A stretch of DNA of 62,337 nucleotides, counting the filler, from Rhabdomonas costata (lineage: Eukaryota): assembly GCA_019059605.1 (NCBI GenBank). It is 34 parts of 34 records of this genome, joined end to end, with 100 filler letters (N's around TTAATTAATTAA, not from the genome) between each part and the next. Parts side by side here need not be neighbours in the genome. Positions count along the whole stretch, not along the records: positions 25,714 to 27,450 come from JAHMHO010009838.1; positions 27,551 to 29,287 come from JAHMHO010009839.1; positions 29,388 to 31,124 come from JAHMHO010009840.1; positions 31,225 to 32,961 come from JAHMHO010009841.1; positions 33,062 to 34,798 come from JAHMHO010009842.1; positions 34,899 to 36,635 come from JAHMHO010009843.1; positions 36,736 to 38,472 come from JAHMHO010009844.1; positions 38,573 to 40,301 come from JAHMHO010009845.1; 26 more parts are not named here. The stretch is one strand, 5' to 3'. The notes under the pieces were generated by a model. It ran no database searches and was not told the origin of the DNA. It worked only from the letters and a program-made list of their open reading frames with translations. Shown here in pieces: positions 25,990 through 38,977 of the stretch. The translations under genes were made by a program, and so were the position numbers. The first letter of the stretch is position 1. Every line of letters begins with the position of its first letter.

Positions 25990-27158
25990 CCCAACTCGCG
26001 AAAAAAATCACAGCCAGCACATAACAGAACATATCAGGCCACTTCACACAAAAGGGATGCTTCGACCGAACACGAAAACTGTAAGACTTTCGGCATTTCG
26101 GACTCAAAAGCGCGGATATCAACAAATGAAAACATATTTCCCGCAGGATTTGAGAGGGTTAGAAAACCTTTTTCAGAGGACGAAGCAAAAAGGACTTACC
26201 GCAGTTAGCACGAGCTTTCAGGAAAATGTTCCTTCCTTTGGACCTGCCCTTATCAAATAGGTGGTGGAGATGTCGTTGGTTTCCAAGGTTCTCTTCGCAA
26301 ACGTTTCCCACAAGTGCGGTTGGAGGCAGCTGCAGCCTTCAATTCCGGCCCCTGTTTGTTGCGTAGGAGGGTACAAAAAACGGGGTTTGAATTAATAGAA
26401 TTAATAATAGTAGTAAGCCAAGACCATAAAAATGGTAAACACACCACCCTGCAGCGTGTCCATTCGGCTCAACTGGGAGTATGCTTGTTGTTCCACGCTA
26501 TTCACCATTTCATTGGCCAGCGCAATCAATTCTTCAATTCGGCGACGGCCGCGATTGATCACAAAGTTGAACAGCGAAACATCCCCTTTCTTCTTTCTTT
26601 CCTCTGCCAGAGCCATCAGTTCACTCATGCTGGAGACTTCTTCATCCACAACTATTCGGGCTACCACCACACCAGAGTTTTGCCGCCTCTTCCTCTGCTT
26701 TGGCTGCTTCATTCACTGCACGCTGCGCTACGTGCGAGCTTCTATCCGCAGCTCATCGTTCTGCCGCTCGTCCATGTCTAGTGCGACCTGCATTTGCGGA
26801 GCAGCCAGCTCCGCCGGGTGCCTTTCGCTGTGTACTGGTCGTGTTTTGCAATGTAAGAGTATGCTTCGAAATACCCTCCTTGGCCCGAAGCAACGTTCAC
26901 CTTCAAGCTGCGCTGCACATCAAGGTAAGCTCTGGCCCTCGAGAAACGCTGCGGTCGGGCTATTTTTAGGCTTACGTGAAAGTGAACTCCTCCGTCTTCA
27001 TGACTTTCTTCACATGCAGCCCAAAACTGAACCGAGCGATTTCCATAAAGATTTCGAAAGGCTTCGGCAACTGCTTCGCCGAACTCCTTTTTGTAAAAAC
27101 CTCTTCCCCCAGCTTGCGGAAGGGTAATCAAATAAACACTTTACATAGCGGCTGCCAT
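25990..27158 (-). mobile_element. Decayed rolling-circle Rep gene (HUH endonuclease plus SF3 helicase), CRESS-DNA-like endogenous element, with intron 26352-26447
   Basis: Motif I VYLITLP, motif II HEDGGVHFHVSL, motif III YSYIAKHD; later GRSKGRNIFLKARANCGKSFLLRPL (degenerate SF3 Walker A) and SNPAGNMFSFV; in-frame stops, frameshifts and internal deletions. Confidence 0.85.
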
Positions 27159-30100
27159 GTCTGAATGAAAATGCAAGGAAAACAGCATTCCTTTTGTGCT
27201 CTTTTTTATGCCATCAACCAGTTAAAACCTTCTCAGCGTCACTACTTTTGAGGAGCAGGTTTTTGGAAGAATCTGTCACACGCTACTTTTGGACCGAGTC
27301 AACCTCTTAAATACAGCATGTGTTCCTTGATCACCTGTAATATTTCTTACACAACACATGGAAATATTGCCTGGAAGGTAACGCCTTTTTATACAACACA
27401 AAAAATATGATTTTCATTTAACCCTGCCGTTACTATTCGGGCTACCTCCANNNNNNNNNNNNNNNNNNNNNNNNNNNNNNNNNNNNNNNNNNNNTTAATT
27501 AATTAANNNNNNNNNNNNNNNNNNNNNNNNNNNNNNNNNNNNNNNNNNNNGGTTGTGGGGAAGTCTACGTAGCGAAGGTCGGCGGCATTGTCCGGGGGTT
27601 TGGCCCGGTTGCGACCGGCTCCTTGGCTGCCCTTTCGGGCAGAGTTGGGAGCGGCTCGGCCCCCGGCAGTCCCGAGAATAGCATCCGGAACGGGAGAGCG
27701 CACTTCAACCGCTTGGGAGCCGTTGGGAAGGCCGGGATCAAAGGCAGCAACTCGCGATGATCGACAGCCCATCAAATGCAGTCAAAAATACAACCCACTG
27801 AAACGAAAGCAATGCGGGGGGAGTAAATTTCAAGCGTGCATTTCTTCCCCGACCCATTAATCCCTTAATCCCGCGAGAGAGTACACACTTTTCGAATCAC
27901 GATGCTGCATGTTCACCGAGCCTGCCACCTCCAGCCGGCATCCACCCCTCGACATGTTATTCGTAGGCATAAAAAACTCATCAATATACGCATTACTCAT
28001 GCACTCCGTCTCTTGTCCAAGCGACAAGGTTCGTGCACCTCCTGGTGCAACCGAAGGTCCCGGTGGCGAGGGCCTAAGTCGCTGACAATCGTTGAAAAAC
28101 ACCGAACAGGTCACATAACTCCCATACCATACCATAGAGATTGAAGGACTGGGGGAAATTGGGGGAGGACATTTTGCACTAAACATTCACAACTGCAAAA
28201 GTTTTGGGTTTGGGCGAATTTTTGTTGCCGGGACTTAGCAGACAATGGGACAGGACTACTTAAGGGGAGGAGGCCAGTCCGTGGCAATGTAAATTTTTGG
28301 GCACGGGGGTTGAATAAACCGTGTCAGTTACATACAACATTATATGCGATAAATATGGCCGGGCGTTAGCAGTGAAAAACAGATAATGCCCCCCTCCTCA
28401 TTAGAACCAACCCTAATATAGGTACGGAAACACCAAGGATAGAACGAAAAATAAAATCCTCGCGTCTGTTCGCCCAACGCTTCGTCTGGATCCAAATCAC
28501 AATGCTGGAGACAAGCCTTGGAGACGATGAGGGCCAGTCCGTGCTCTGTTTTTTCTTGGCCCGCTGCCCAGAACCATCACCATTTCGGCCCACACGGGTG
28601 CCAGCGCAATACTCCAGGGCTTTATTCTTGGTTATAAGAGAGACCGCTTCTGCAAAGAAAACAAATGGTTTGTTTTCTTTTGGTTCGGGTGGTTAGGCTG
28701 GTTATGGTCCTTTCGCTTTCACGCACGCACCCAAGAAACACACGCGAGTTACATTACCCACATGACGTCTGATAGTGCAACTCCAGTGTACTCAGAATCC
28801 TGATGTCACAAGGAACAATGGGACCTCAACGAGGCCCGCATTGTCACAGGATGTCACATGAAAGCGAAGATAACACTACTCTACACAAACTGCGACCACC
28901 GGGACTGCTGTGCGGACTCAACACCGTTGAGGTTGTGGTCCCAACGAAAGTCTCTGCCGTCGGCTGCTGTGAAAGCTTTGTCCCCTTTAGAGGCACGGGG
29001 CTCTTGTTTGCACTGCAGCTCACTTCGAACATGAGACCGAAAGCAGTTAGGTGCCTTTCTGGGGCGCTTCGGCGGGGGACCCCGTACAATTTCCGCATCG
29101 GCTCCCTCACTGTCAGGAGAGTCATCTTCAGTGGGCTCAAGGAACCTAAAAGGACAAACATGAAAATTGCGAGGACATCGAATGAGCTGAATCCCGATCC
29201 TGTGTGTCAAGCGATAATCACAGCGAAGAAGTCAGCTTAAATGTAGAACCTACTGAAAGCAATTGGCAAAACTTTCCAGAAAAAATGNNNNNNNNNNNNN
29301 NNNNNNNNNNNNNNNNNNNNNNNNNNNNNNNTTAATTAATTAANNNNNNNNNNNNNNNNNNNNNNNNNNNNNNNNNNNNNNNNNNNNTTTGTTGGTTGAT
29401 AAAAACATGTCACCTTTCTGACCCGAATGACTGAGGGCACCACCGAGGCGCATCCATCGGCGTCTTGCCAGTGTTAACAGGTGATGAAAGGTGAACCAGA
29501 AAAGCGCCCTCAAAACGAGGGTGCGGAGAAATACTAAAACACCCCAGAGTGTGAGCGGACAGAAAGTGTGACTGAATCAAGCAACTGCTTTTCATCATAT
29601 ACAGACATTGACACAAATGAACTTCCAATTACCACGTGGCTAATGTTGTTCCAAAACTAATGCCCAGAACCACTATAATTTTGTTCTGGATCACTTTTGT
29701 CAAAAAATTAATACGCACTGTACATACGTTTCAGAAAATTTGTACAAGATTGTTCACATGGAGTCCTTGTATATTCTCTAATCTTAATGCAAGCATTTCA
29801 TGCAACTGGTGCATATTTAAGCTGAATATCTGCACCACTGTTTGAACAATAAATTAATTTGAATCTCGGAGAATAATAAAGACACTGTGGCACAGGTACA
29901 AACGTTCTGGAATGTGCAAACTAAAAATTAAGCAATTTACAGTAATGAACACAAGAGAATGGGTGAAAGGTACACAAAACAAACAAAGACAATAAATAAC
30001 AGAATGATTCTAAATGCAGAGACTTAAACAGGATAGGAATATGATGGTTACAAAATGGGGTTGGTGGATGATAGTTCAAAACTGCATGTAACGGAACGTA

Positions 30101-33100
30101 AGTAGGTTGCAATAAAATGAATTACTGTGGGTTAATTGGAAGATAAGAAGCTGAAGGAAATGAGAAAAATTGGATGTGAGAGGACTGTATGGAAAGGGGC
30201 GTAAAATATGGCAGTTGGGTCATGCAAATGATTGTGTGGAACCAGTCGCACTGATGTAACCTGTGAAAAAATAAAACAGGCAAAATGTAGGGGTGAATGG
30301 CAGTAGATTTCATTTCAAAATTTGAAAACAAAGCTTTTGTAATTTCCAGTTTTTGTTGCTTCATATTTTTAAGAAGATAACGACAAATGGATGCATCAGA
30401 AGGTTTTAAATGTAGATAATCCTTTTACAGAATGTAGAAGTTTCAAATTAAATTGATGTCGAGTCGTTGCGTTAAGATGTTTACTACAGAGAAATAATCC
30501 ACCGTGCATTCCAATGAGATTCTAGATTTGGTTTATACGCTATAAAAAGACAAGTGCCGTTGTTGAGTATATTAAAGTGATTTACACAGTTGCATATTAT
30601 TAAGGCAAAATGTTGCCGCGGGTGCATTATCATGAACCCAGTTGACGATAAGAGTTTGGTATTTACAGAGACGTAGTGTTTGATTGAGCTAGGCGGAGTG
30701 CCAAAAACCAGGCTCCACCGAGAACCACGTTCGTCATGGCCGCTGCGGGCTTCCTTTCATTCAGGTAGCCTGGTCTGGCTTTTGAATAGGAACTGGAGCA
30801 CGAAGCACTGAGCTTCTACTTCAGTTTTCGCCCATCTGGAAACTAGTATTTGGAACACCTTGATGCCATGACAGTATGCCTTTTAAAGAGGAAAACAACT
30901 TGGTGACATGGACCGTTACATGCCCCAATGCTGGGAAGGAGAACGCAGCAACAGACTGGTTAAGGCCGAACACTCCCTACCATGTATCTTTGTAAAACTG
31001 TGAAAAATCACCCTTGGAAGCTCTTGTTTTGGAACGTATCGGCACCATGTTTCCTTAAACCCACGTTGGAAAACGCATAAATCACACCCCACGCCACAGA
31101 GGGCACATTCGTAAAGTCAAAAATNNNNNNNNNNNNNNNNNNNNNNNNNNNNNNNNNNNNNNNNNNNNTTAATTAATTAANNNNNNNNNNNNNNNNNNNN
31201 NNNNNNNNNNNNNNNNNNNNNNNNGGGGGTTTTTCAGTGTTTACAAAGTTGTCAGGAGCACACGTGCGGTCATCGTCTAACAATGCGTCGATCCAACAGG
31301 CTGTTTGCTTTCTTGCCTGTGTCGCGCCTTGCCACGTTGTCATGTTAGTGTGGTTGAATCGCCCTGATGTCGCTAACCGGCCTGGTGAGTCTGATCAGAT
31401 TGCCCCCATTGACGCCCATCTACTTCATCCCAGACATGATGTACGCCAAAGAAAAGCCCATTCAAAAGCCAAAGGTACAAGGGCTGTTTCCTTGGTTCCG
31501 GACGCCGCAGCTGCAATTACGACGACGGCCTTGGAAGCAGCACAAAGCAGCAGCATAAGTAGAGCTTACAACCCCCAAAGTTCGGATTGATTTGAACCGT
31601 TGTGTACAGAGTCTTTTGTGTTTCTTTTTTTCTTTTTACTTCTTTTCCAATCCAAAATGGAAAATTAATCCAAAAAAAATTGGCATTTTTGTGCTTTGGA
31701 TTTACGATTAGGCAGTGTGTGTGAGTGTTTCATTCTCTTTTATATAACTTAAGAGTTTTGGTATTCTTTTCTCGGTCACTACCTCCACTAAATCATCTAA
31801 TGCTGTGTGCTGTTCACCAGCTGATGTCCACATATTGTCACACCTGGTTTCAGGCAAGTGTTGCGACCTAAGCCTGACACGCTTTGCGTGTGTGAGTGCG
31901 GTTTTCTCAATTTTCTAAGGCAATGCATCGTTTGCCAAGCCGCGGAAGCTGATGAGTCCCATTTGTTTTCCAGGAAAGTAGCGTTTTTCCAAGACCACGA
32001 TGGAACGTATATTGTTTTCGAGGCTTCGTTAGCCTATCCGCGTGGTGTGTGGCCAAGTCGGAATAATTCCCCACAACACCATAACTACAGTGGAATTGCC
32101 ACAGCATTATTTTCACAGGTACGGATTTTGAGACGAGCCTATGGCGATACGTTATCCAGGATGGCTCACCATTGTCTCTTCTTGGTTAGTTGGTGATAAG
32201 CAGCTCGTTGGTTAGCATCCCGTTTGTTAGCTAATTCGTGATAATGTGAGCGTTTCCCCAGTGTACCCCTCAGTGCCCGTTGCGCTGAAGCCTGAATTTT
32301 TGTCAGAGACCATCCGGAAAACAACAGCTGTTCCTTTGCAAGCCGTGAAGCACATGCATGCAGAGCGATATGTTTCACGCTCAGGCGCAGTTTGCCTAGC
32401 GCAGTTTCAAAACTCAACAAGATATGCTTCAGAAAATTGCAACTTAGTCGCAAATGTACCACATCAGCAGGTTGCGGTAAAAAGACTTGCAGTTCCACCA
32501 ATAAGCTGTTAACACTGAGCACTTTCCGCCGTGAAAACGTTTTTCAGGTTCCCGAAGCCGTCGCCATCCAGTATTCCCCCATCGCATTTGGCGAACATGT
32601 CATCTGGATGTTACCGAGTGACCAGAAGTCTTTCTGGAGTCTTTATGCAAGGAGCTCAAGCCCACGTTCCTGCGCCACACCTATTAGTGGCATATGTTGA
32701 TTGAAACTTAATAGTATTAAAGGAAACTGGACAAGTTCCAGTTTCGGTTGTCCATACCTACTAGATGTTTATCCACGCACAGTTAAACCGTGCAATGATA
32801 ATGAACATAATCAAAGCGCCGCAACCCTAACTCCAGAACAATGTGTGGAAAGATACCAAGTCATTCACATTGGAAAATGCAATTTCGCGTGAATTGGAGG
32901 CATTTTGCACAACAAGTGTCGCTTTTTGAGCCTGTTTTGAAGCGGCCGTACACACCAACAANNNNNNNNNNNNNNNNNNNNNNNNNNNNNNNNNNNNNNN
33001 NNNNNTTAATTAATTAANNNNNNNNNNNNNNNNNNNNNNNNNNNNNNNNNNNNNNNNNNNNTTTTGTGTGTACCCCACCGCCAGCCAACTTCCGTGGGCC

Positions 33101-33143
33101 CCTTCCAAATGGTGAGGAAAAATGTCCGTGAGGCAGGTCCTGG

Positions 33144-33365
33144 GTGTCAAGGTGGAGGACTTCCAGGGCCTGGTGCGAAGGCGTGCCGCGCCAAGATTAT
33201 TCCCTGGCGAGTGTCACGGGGTATGTCCAGCTTCCTGCGAACGAGATGGAGCCACTGATGAAGGCCTTGGCCGAGGTTGAGCCCCTATCGGTCAACGTGG
33301 ATGTCACAACGTGGGAAAAATACGTCATGGGGGTCTGGGACAGCTGCAACCAGACCAACCCCTGT
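33144..33365 (+). pseudogene. Papain-family (C1A, cathepsin L-like) cysteine protease exon, apparently degenerate
   Basis: ASVTGYVQLPANEMEPLMKALAEVEPLSVNVDVTTWEKYVMGVWDSCNQTNP; the conserved GP appears as EP, and a frameshift is likely just upstream. Confidence 0.7.
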
Positions 33366-33963
33366 GTGTGCCGCAAATGTGCCCCTGTGTCCTGTGACGC
33401 ATGATGCAAAACACTGAAGTTCACTAGGAGAGGAATGCAAGAGACATGGCAGCAAACCCGAAAATTGTCCCCAACGAACCAGAATTGCACAACACGGATA
33501 GGGAGCACTGCAAAAGCAGCAGATTCCTTTCGTTTTCAACGCCTGGCTTCAAGCCTTGCAAAACACTCCTGGAACGGGAAAAGGATATCCCTCCAAAATG
33601 AGGTGTCGCCACCCACCGCGGAGACCCACAAATTCCAAACCCGACCAGCTGACGCCCGTAGCTGTGCGTCACAATCTTAACCACATGTGGGGGATTTCAG
33701 AATTGTACGCCGTCTTCATTCCTTAAAACTCCACAACTACACATAGTTACCCCTGCCGAACCTGTCGCTATTAGGGGTATACACTTCACTGAAAGGGAAC
33801 ACTCCGCGCTTGATGGCACGGGGAATCACGGGAATGCACTAGCGCACCGCATTCAGCAAGGACAGCACGGGAAGTGCAACGATTACATTCACGTTGCTTT
33901 TTAGCACGGATAGGGGGGCGGGGGCAGCTTACCCAGAACAAGGATGAGGGCTGATACATCCTC

Positions 33964-34798
33964 AGGAAGTTACCCAGCAGCTGGAACTGGGAAAACACTC
34001 CGGTTCGTGTGGTGTTACAGCCCTGGTGGAACTCTTCGAACACCACCGTAGAGAGCTCCCTTCCGTGCTTCTTGCTAACCGCTGCTCGCAGGTCGGCTGC
34101 AACACAAAAAGGACTCGGTCGGGTATCGCATACGGAGAGAGCGATGCCACAACGGTTGTCAGCATTGTGGCATCGCCTCACATAATATAGTTGACTGATT
34201 GGTTTCGCGGGGTGCGCGGTTAAGTGATGGTATGGAATGTGTCAAATGAGCAGCACAGCTCTACGCAAAGTTGGGCTGGGATCATTGGGCATGGACCCAC
34301 GCCTCTCGCGTTATGGTGAAGTGATGAAGCAACGGGCGGTGCAATGTGTGCTAAGGGCGGGCAACGGGGTTGAAGGAAATGAGGCCTACTCATTTCACTT
34401 GGGAATCTCATAGGTAGGTCATTAGGAAGTTACCCAGCAGCTGGAACTGGGAAAACACTCCGGTTCGTGTGGTGTTACAGCCCTGGTGGAACTCTTCGAA
34501 CACCACCGTAGAGAGCTCCCTCCCGTGCTTCTTGCTAACCGCTGCTCGCAGGTCGGCTGCAACACAAAAAGGACTCGGTCGGGTATCGCATGCGGAGAGA
34601 GCGATGCCACAACGGTTGTCAGCATTGTGTCAGCATCGCCTCACATAATATAGTTGACTGATTGGTTTCGTGGGGTGCGCGGTTAAGTGATGGTATGGAA
34701 TGTGTCAAATGAGCAGCACAGCTCTACGCAAAGTTGGGCTGGGATCATTGGGCATGGACCCACGCCTCTCGCGTTATGGTGAAGTGATGAAGCAACGG
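33964..34798. repeat. Near-identical tandem duplication, period 460 bp (33964-34335 / 34424-34798), carrying a candidate 123-nt exon
   Basis: Direct comparison shows about 3 substitutions and one 3-nt indel. Confidence 0.95.
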
Positions 34799-34898
34799 NN
34801 NNNNNNNNNNNNNNNNNNNNNNNNNNNNNNNNNNNNNNNNNNTTAATTAATTAANNNNNNNNNNNNNNNNNNNNNNNNNNNNNNNNNNNNNNNNNNNN

Positions 34899-36160
34899 GT
34901 TTGTGGTTCGATCTAGGGACAAGTCTTATGCGTTGGTTCAGAGTCGGCCTTTTTGATGCGTTGGTTTGTAGAGTTCTGGGTTCGGAGTTGGGTTTCCGTG
35001 TTTTTGCTTTCATTGTTGGATGTCTTGGGGTGAGTTGGTTCTGGAGGAGCGCAAGCGAGTGTTTCTTGGTTCCTGGGTTCATGGTTCTTGCCTTCTGGAG
35101 TTGGGTTACTTGGTTCTGGAGTCGGGGTTTTGAGTTCTGCTGAGGGATTCTTGCGCTGGGGTTCTGTGTCAGTGCTGTCTCTGTGCTACGTCTCTGTCTT
35201 CGGTGTCTGGTTCGGGGCTTGGGTTTGGGGTGAGATTTTGGGGTCAGATGTCAGGGTCTTTGCAAGGTGTCAGTTTTCGAGCTTCAGTTGCTGGTGTGGG
35301 TGTTTACATGCCTTCTGGGTTTTGCTTATCGGTTTTGTGGTTCGGGGTTTGGTCCTTCCGCTTAGGTTGTTTACAATGCTTGCCTGTGTGCACTGGTGTC
35401 GGCATTAGGTGTTGGGTTCAGGTTTTCGCTTTCCTGGTTGCGTGCGTTCCTGAGTTGGGTTTGGGGTTGCGTTGGTGCTGTTGTGGGTCGTTGTTGGTGC
35501 TGAGATGTGTTCTAGGGGTCGGGTTAACGTCTTGGGTTCGGTTCCTTGGTTTGCGGTGCGGGTATGCCTGGGGTTGCGCTTGGGTTTATTCGCTATTATT
35601 TATTACTCCGCGTGTCGTGGGCTCTTTTCTGGATCAGATGGTTGTTCTGTAGGGTGCGTTCATTGGTGGGTTGTGTGCTGCTGTGGTGTAGGTCGCGTGT
35701 TTTTGTATTCGTAGGATTGAGGCGGTGCATTCGTGAGCGTATAATTCGGTGTTGGAGATGTTTTTGACTGTGGTGCCTGTTGCGTTTCTGTGCTTGGGGT
35801 TTGTGCATGGTATGGCGGTGACGGGTGGTGTGGATCTTGCGTCTTTTTGTGGTGAGGTTGCTTCTGTGGTGGGTCATCAGTGATAGTGGGAGCTGAACGG
35901 TGTGGATTCTTGATTGGTGGACAGTGATTCGTTGGGGCAGGGTATGGTGCGTATGGTGCGTATGGTGCTAGTAATCAGCCTTTGTTTGTCGCGTGTGATT
36001 GCTCGGTGTGCCTTGCGGTTTCTAGTGTGCAGGTCATTCATTGCTATTGGGTTGCGGCTCTTGGTGCGAAGGTTGATGTCATTCCTGGCAGGTTTTCGTG
36101 TGTGTGGGTGTGAGTGCGTTGTGTCATGGTTAGTTCTGCGGTTAGTGCGGTATGTCATCT
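34899..36160. other. Strongly G+T-skewed non-coding tract
   Basis: The + strand is markedly A-poor, with short repeats (ttctggag, gtatggtgc x3); composition normalises after about 36160. Confidence 0.85.
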
Positions 36161-38977
36161 TAGCATCCAGTGATGGACATGAACCCACACGGGATGTGCT
36201 AGTATTGCTGGGTACCCAAGGATGACACAAGATCGACCTACAGTGAGCCTGCAAAACTCACTGTAGGGGAAAATACCTCCACTCAACCCACATGAGAGGC
36301 AATTGGATGAGACGGTACAATGACCGGCGGTGGTAGCAACAATGTCACCACAGCTCAAGTTGTATCGTCCGAGTCATGCATTCGGTGGTGGTGGTTGAAG
36401 TGATTAGTGATCTGTAGTGTACGCACATGCTACTCTAATCAACCTACATCACCAGAACCAACCATGCTCCGATGTCATCTCTCATGGTGCTACGATTGTG
36501 GCAGAGTGATGGATAGACACCAGTGGTGGAAGTGACCTTGCGTAGTGGAAGCCAACATGCCACATCCACCACTCACCTCTCACCACAGAAGCCAAGATGC
36601 CACGTTAGCGCAATGAGTGACTCCCCACCACCACANNNNNNNNNNNNNNNNNNNNNNNNNNNNNNNNNNNNNNNNNNNNTTAATTAATTAANNNNNNNNN
36701 NNNNNNNNNNNNNNNNNNNNNNNNNNNNNNNNNNNGGTTTTTCGGCTGATGAAAGGCAAGAATAGACTAGAAGACCCACGCTGCGGACGTTCAGAGATGA
36801 TAAGAAGGTAATAAAATCGAAATTGTAAAATATCGTAATCAGAATGGAGCCAAGAATTTACATTAGATGATAAAGAGTGTGCAGCAAGAAGTCATGTGGA
36901 GTAGCGCTGCGCTCTATTGCCAAGGTGCGCTGTCAGAAAACACAATCGTCTGCCCTACGAGAAGCGCCGTGGAATGAAATGAAATATTGAAATTCAGCTG
37001 ATGAGCAGGAAGAGTGGAGAGAGTTGTTGCTTCAAAATCAGCGATAAATCCTGTTGGTGAACTGAGACTTCCGTTTAAGATTTGATGAGAAGCGAGGTCC
37101 AGAGCTACGACCGCTGTAAAGAGGCTCGGAGGGTAGAAAGGGTGTGACACCCACTCCATGGCCAAACGCTGCCCATACGAGCAAGAATACTCCAGCTACA
37201 TTTTTATACCCGTTTCACCAAGTAGACTTTTTGCGCGCTATCTACGTTGTGTTGGACCATTTCTTTGTACCGGAAACTAATGGCAAAGGAGGATTCCGTT
37301 CCTCACGGAAGCGCCAGTGAGCGAAAAAGCAGTGCGAATGCATGTGCTAACCATCAGCTCCTGGCAGGTGGCACCGCTTTTATACCCCCTTTTTTTAGGC
37401 TTTTTGAAACAGTAATTATTATTACTATTTCGCACCGGACATTTTCTTTTCAAAAACACCAAGTTGGAGACCCCCCACATCCTTTCCACCTTTGCTTGTA
37501 TTTTAGATTCTGTAGCAGTCTCATTATCGGAAGTGGTTGGTAAAAAATTACAGGGGTGGCCACAGATGCTCTGGTTCACTTTATCACTTTCTCCACCTCT
37601 TTACTGGGCGAGTTCCGTAACTTTCTCTTTTTCTTCCACTTTTGTTTCAACACACTGGCAATAGCGAGCTGATATTTCTTGTTTGTATTGCCTTCTTCCG
37701 CCTCCAGTGCGGAAACTTCATCCTCTGGCACGGTCTATTTAGCCACTGATACCACATCCTATTTGTCCACAATTGGCTGGAAAAGATTACGTTTGGTAGC
37801 TCTTCCATCCACTTCTGAGCTTGCCATATGTGGAGCCCTCACCAAAGAAAACTTGGCATGATCGTGTGGCCTGTCGCTGGCCTGTACGCTGTCTCTCCCG
37901 CCTACAACATGCCCGTGGTGATACAAGTGATGCTAAAAACATCTTTAGCTGATAAGACCTGATATACATCCGTCAGCTTCTCCACACTTTAACAAAACGG
38001 CGTCTCCAGTCATTCGGGATCAACAGTAATCGCCGCCTTTACCACTATTGAGTATAAATTTACCGGCACTGCACCCAACATTTCAACGATCCTCAAGAAA
38101 GGAGTCACAGGGAGGCCTTCCACATTGGCCAGTCTCACTGTGAGCTTCTGCTGAAGCGGATTCTGATGTAGCATCAAACGCTGCACCACATCTTAGCGCA
38201 TAAATGAGTACTACGCTCCTGAGCCCAACAGATCTCTCACTTAGATCGTCCCAATCAACAACGGCAGAAACAGTGGCGACTGATTGGTGGAGAGTCGGTG
38301 GAGTTCCGAAGAACCCATCCACTTCCTGGCCATTTTTTGGAAGTGCAGAACAAAAAGCGGTATCGGGAAACTTCCCTTGCCACGGCGGGTGCTACTGACG
38401 GCTACCTCCTGCCGTTCTTCTAACCAATTTTCAGACAAAGCATTCTCAGAAATCTCTTATGTCACACCACAANNNNNNNNNNNNNNNNNNNNNNNNNNNN
38501 NNNNNNNNNNNNNNNNTTAATTAATTAANNNNNNNNNNNNNNNNNNNNNNNNNNNNNNNNNNNNNNNNNNNNGGTGTTGGGGAAGAGTTGTGTTTGGGTG
38601 TGGGGGTTTACGAAAATAAGGCTGCTGGCTATGAGTGTTCGGTACTAACAGTGTGGGAAGCGGCAAGCTACACCTGTTGTGTTGGTGCATTATGATTTCC
38701 CAATGATATGAAAACGTATTATTGCGTAAATGGGATTGCATGAAGGAGAAAGTCAGGCATCATACTGGCTGAGCCACCGGCCACCCTCTGCAGGATCGGG
38801 GTGGTTCCTGCACCTCATGAAGGAGCTGACCACTGACGGCAGCTGTGAAACCAGCGAGGGGCTGGGAAAGCTTATCAGGGCAGAGAGCTTCACCTCAGCC
38901 TGAGAAAGCGCAGGCATTCCGATCTAAAAACAGCAGTAGCTGGCACAAGGTGTGAGAGCGTCTTCCTTCTCAAATCA

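Noticed and set aside
27141-27146. In-frame TAA in the Rep (MAAAM*SVYLIT) as stop-to-Gln reassignment
   Set aside because: Conserved host exons show no in-frame TAA/TAG, and the element is otherwise frameshifted
29388-31124. AT-rich contig as organellar or foreign DNA
   Set aside because: No recognisable gene, RNA or motif in the frames examined
34901-36225. Cys/Trp/Val/Gly-rich ORFs as membrane proteins
   Set aside because: By-product of A-poor composition, which depletes stop codons
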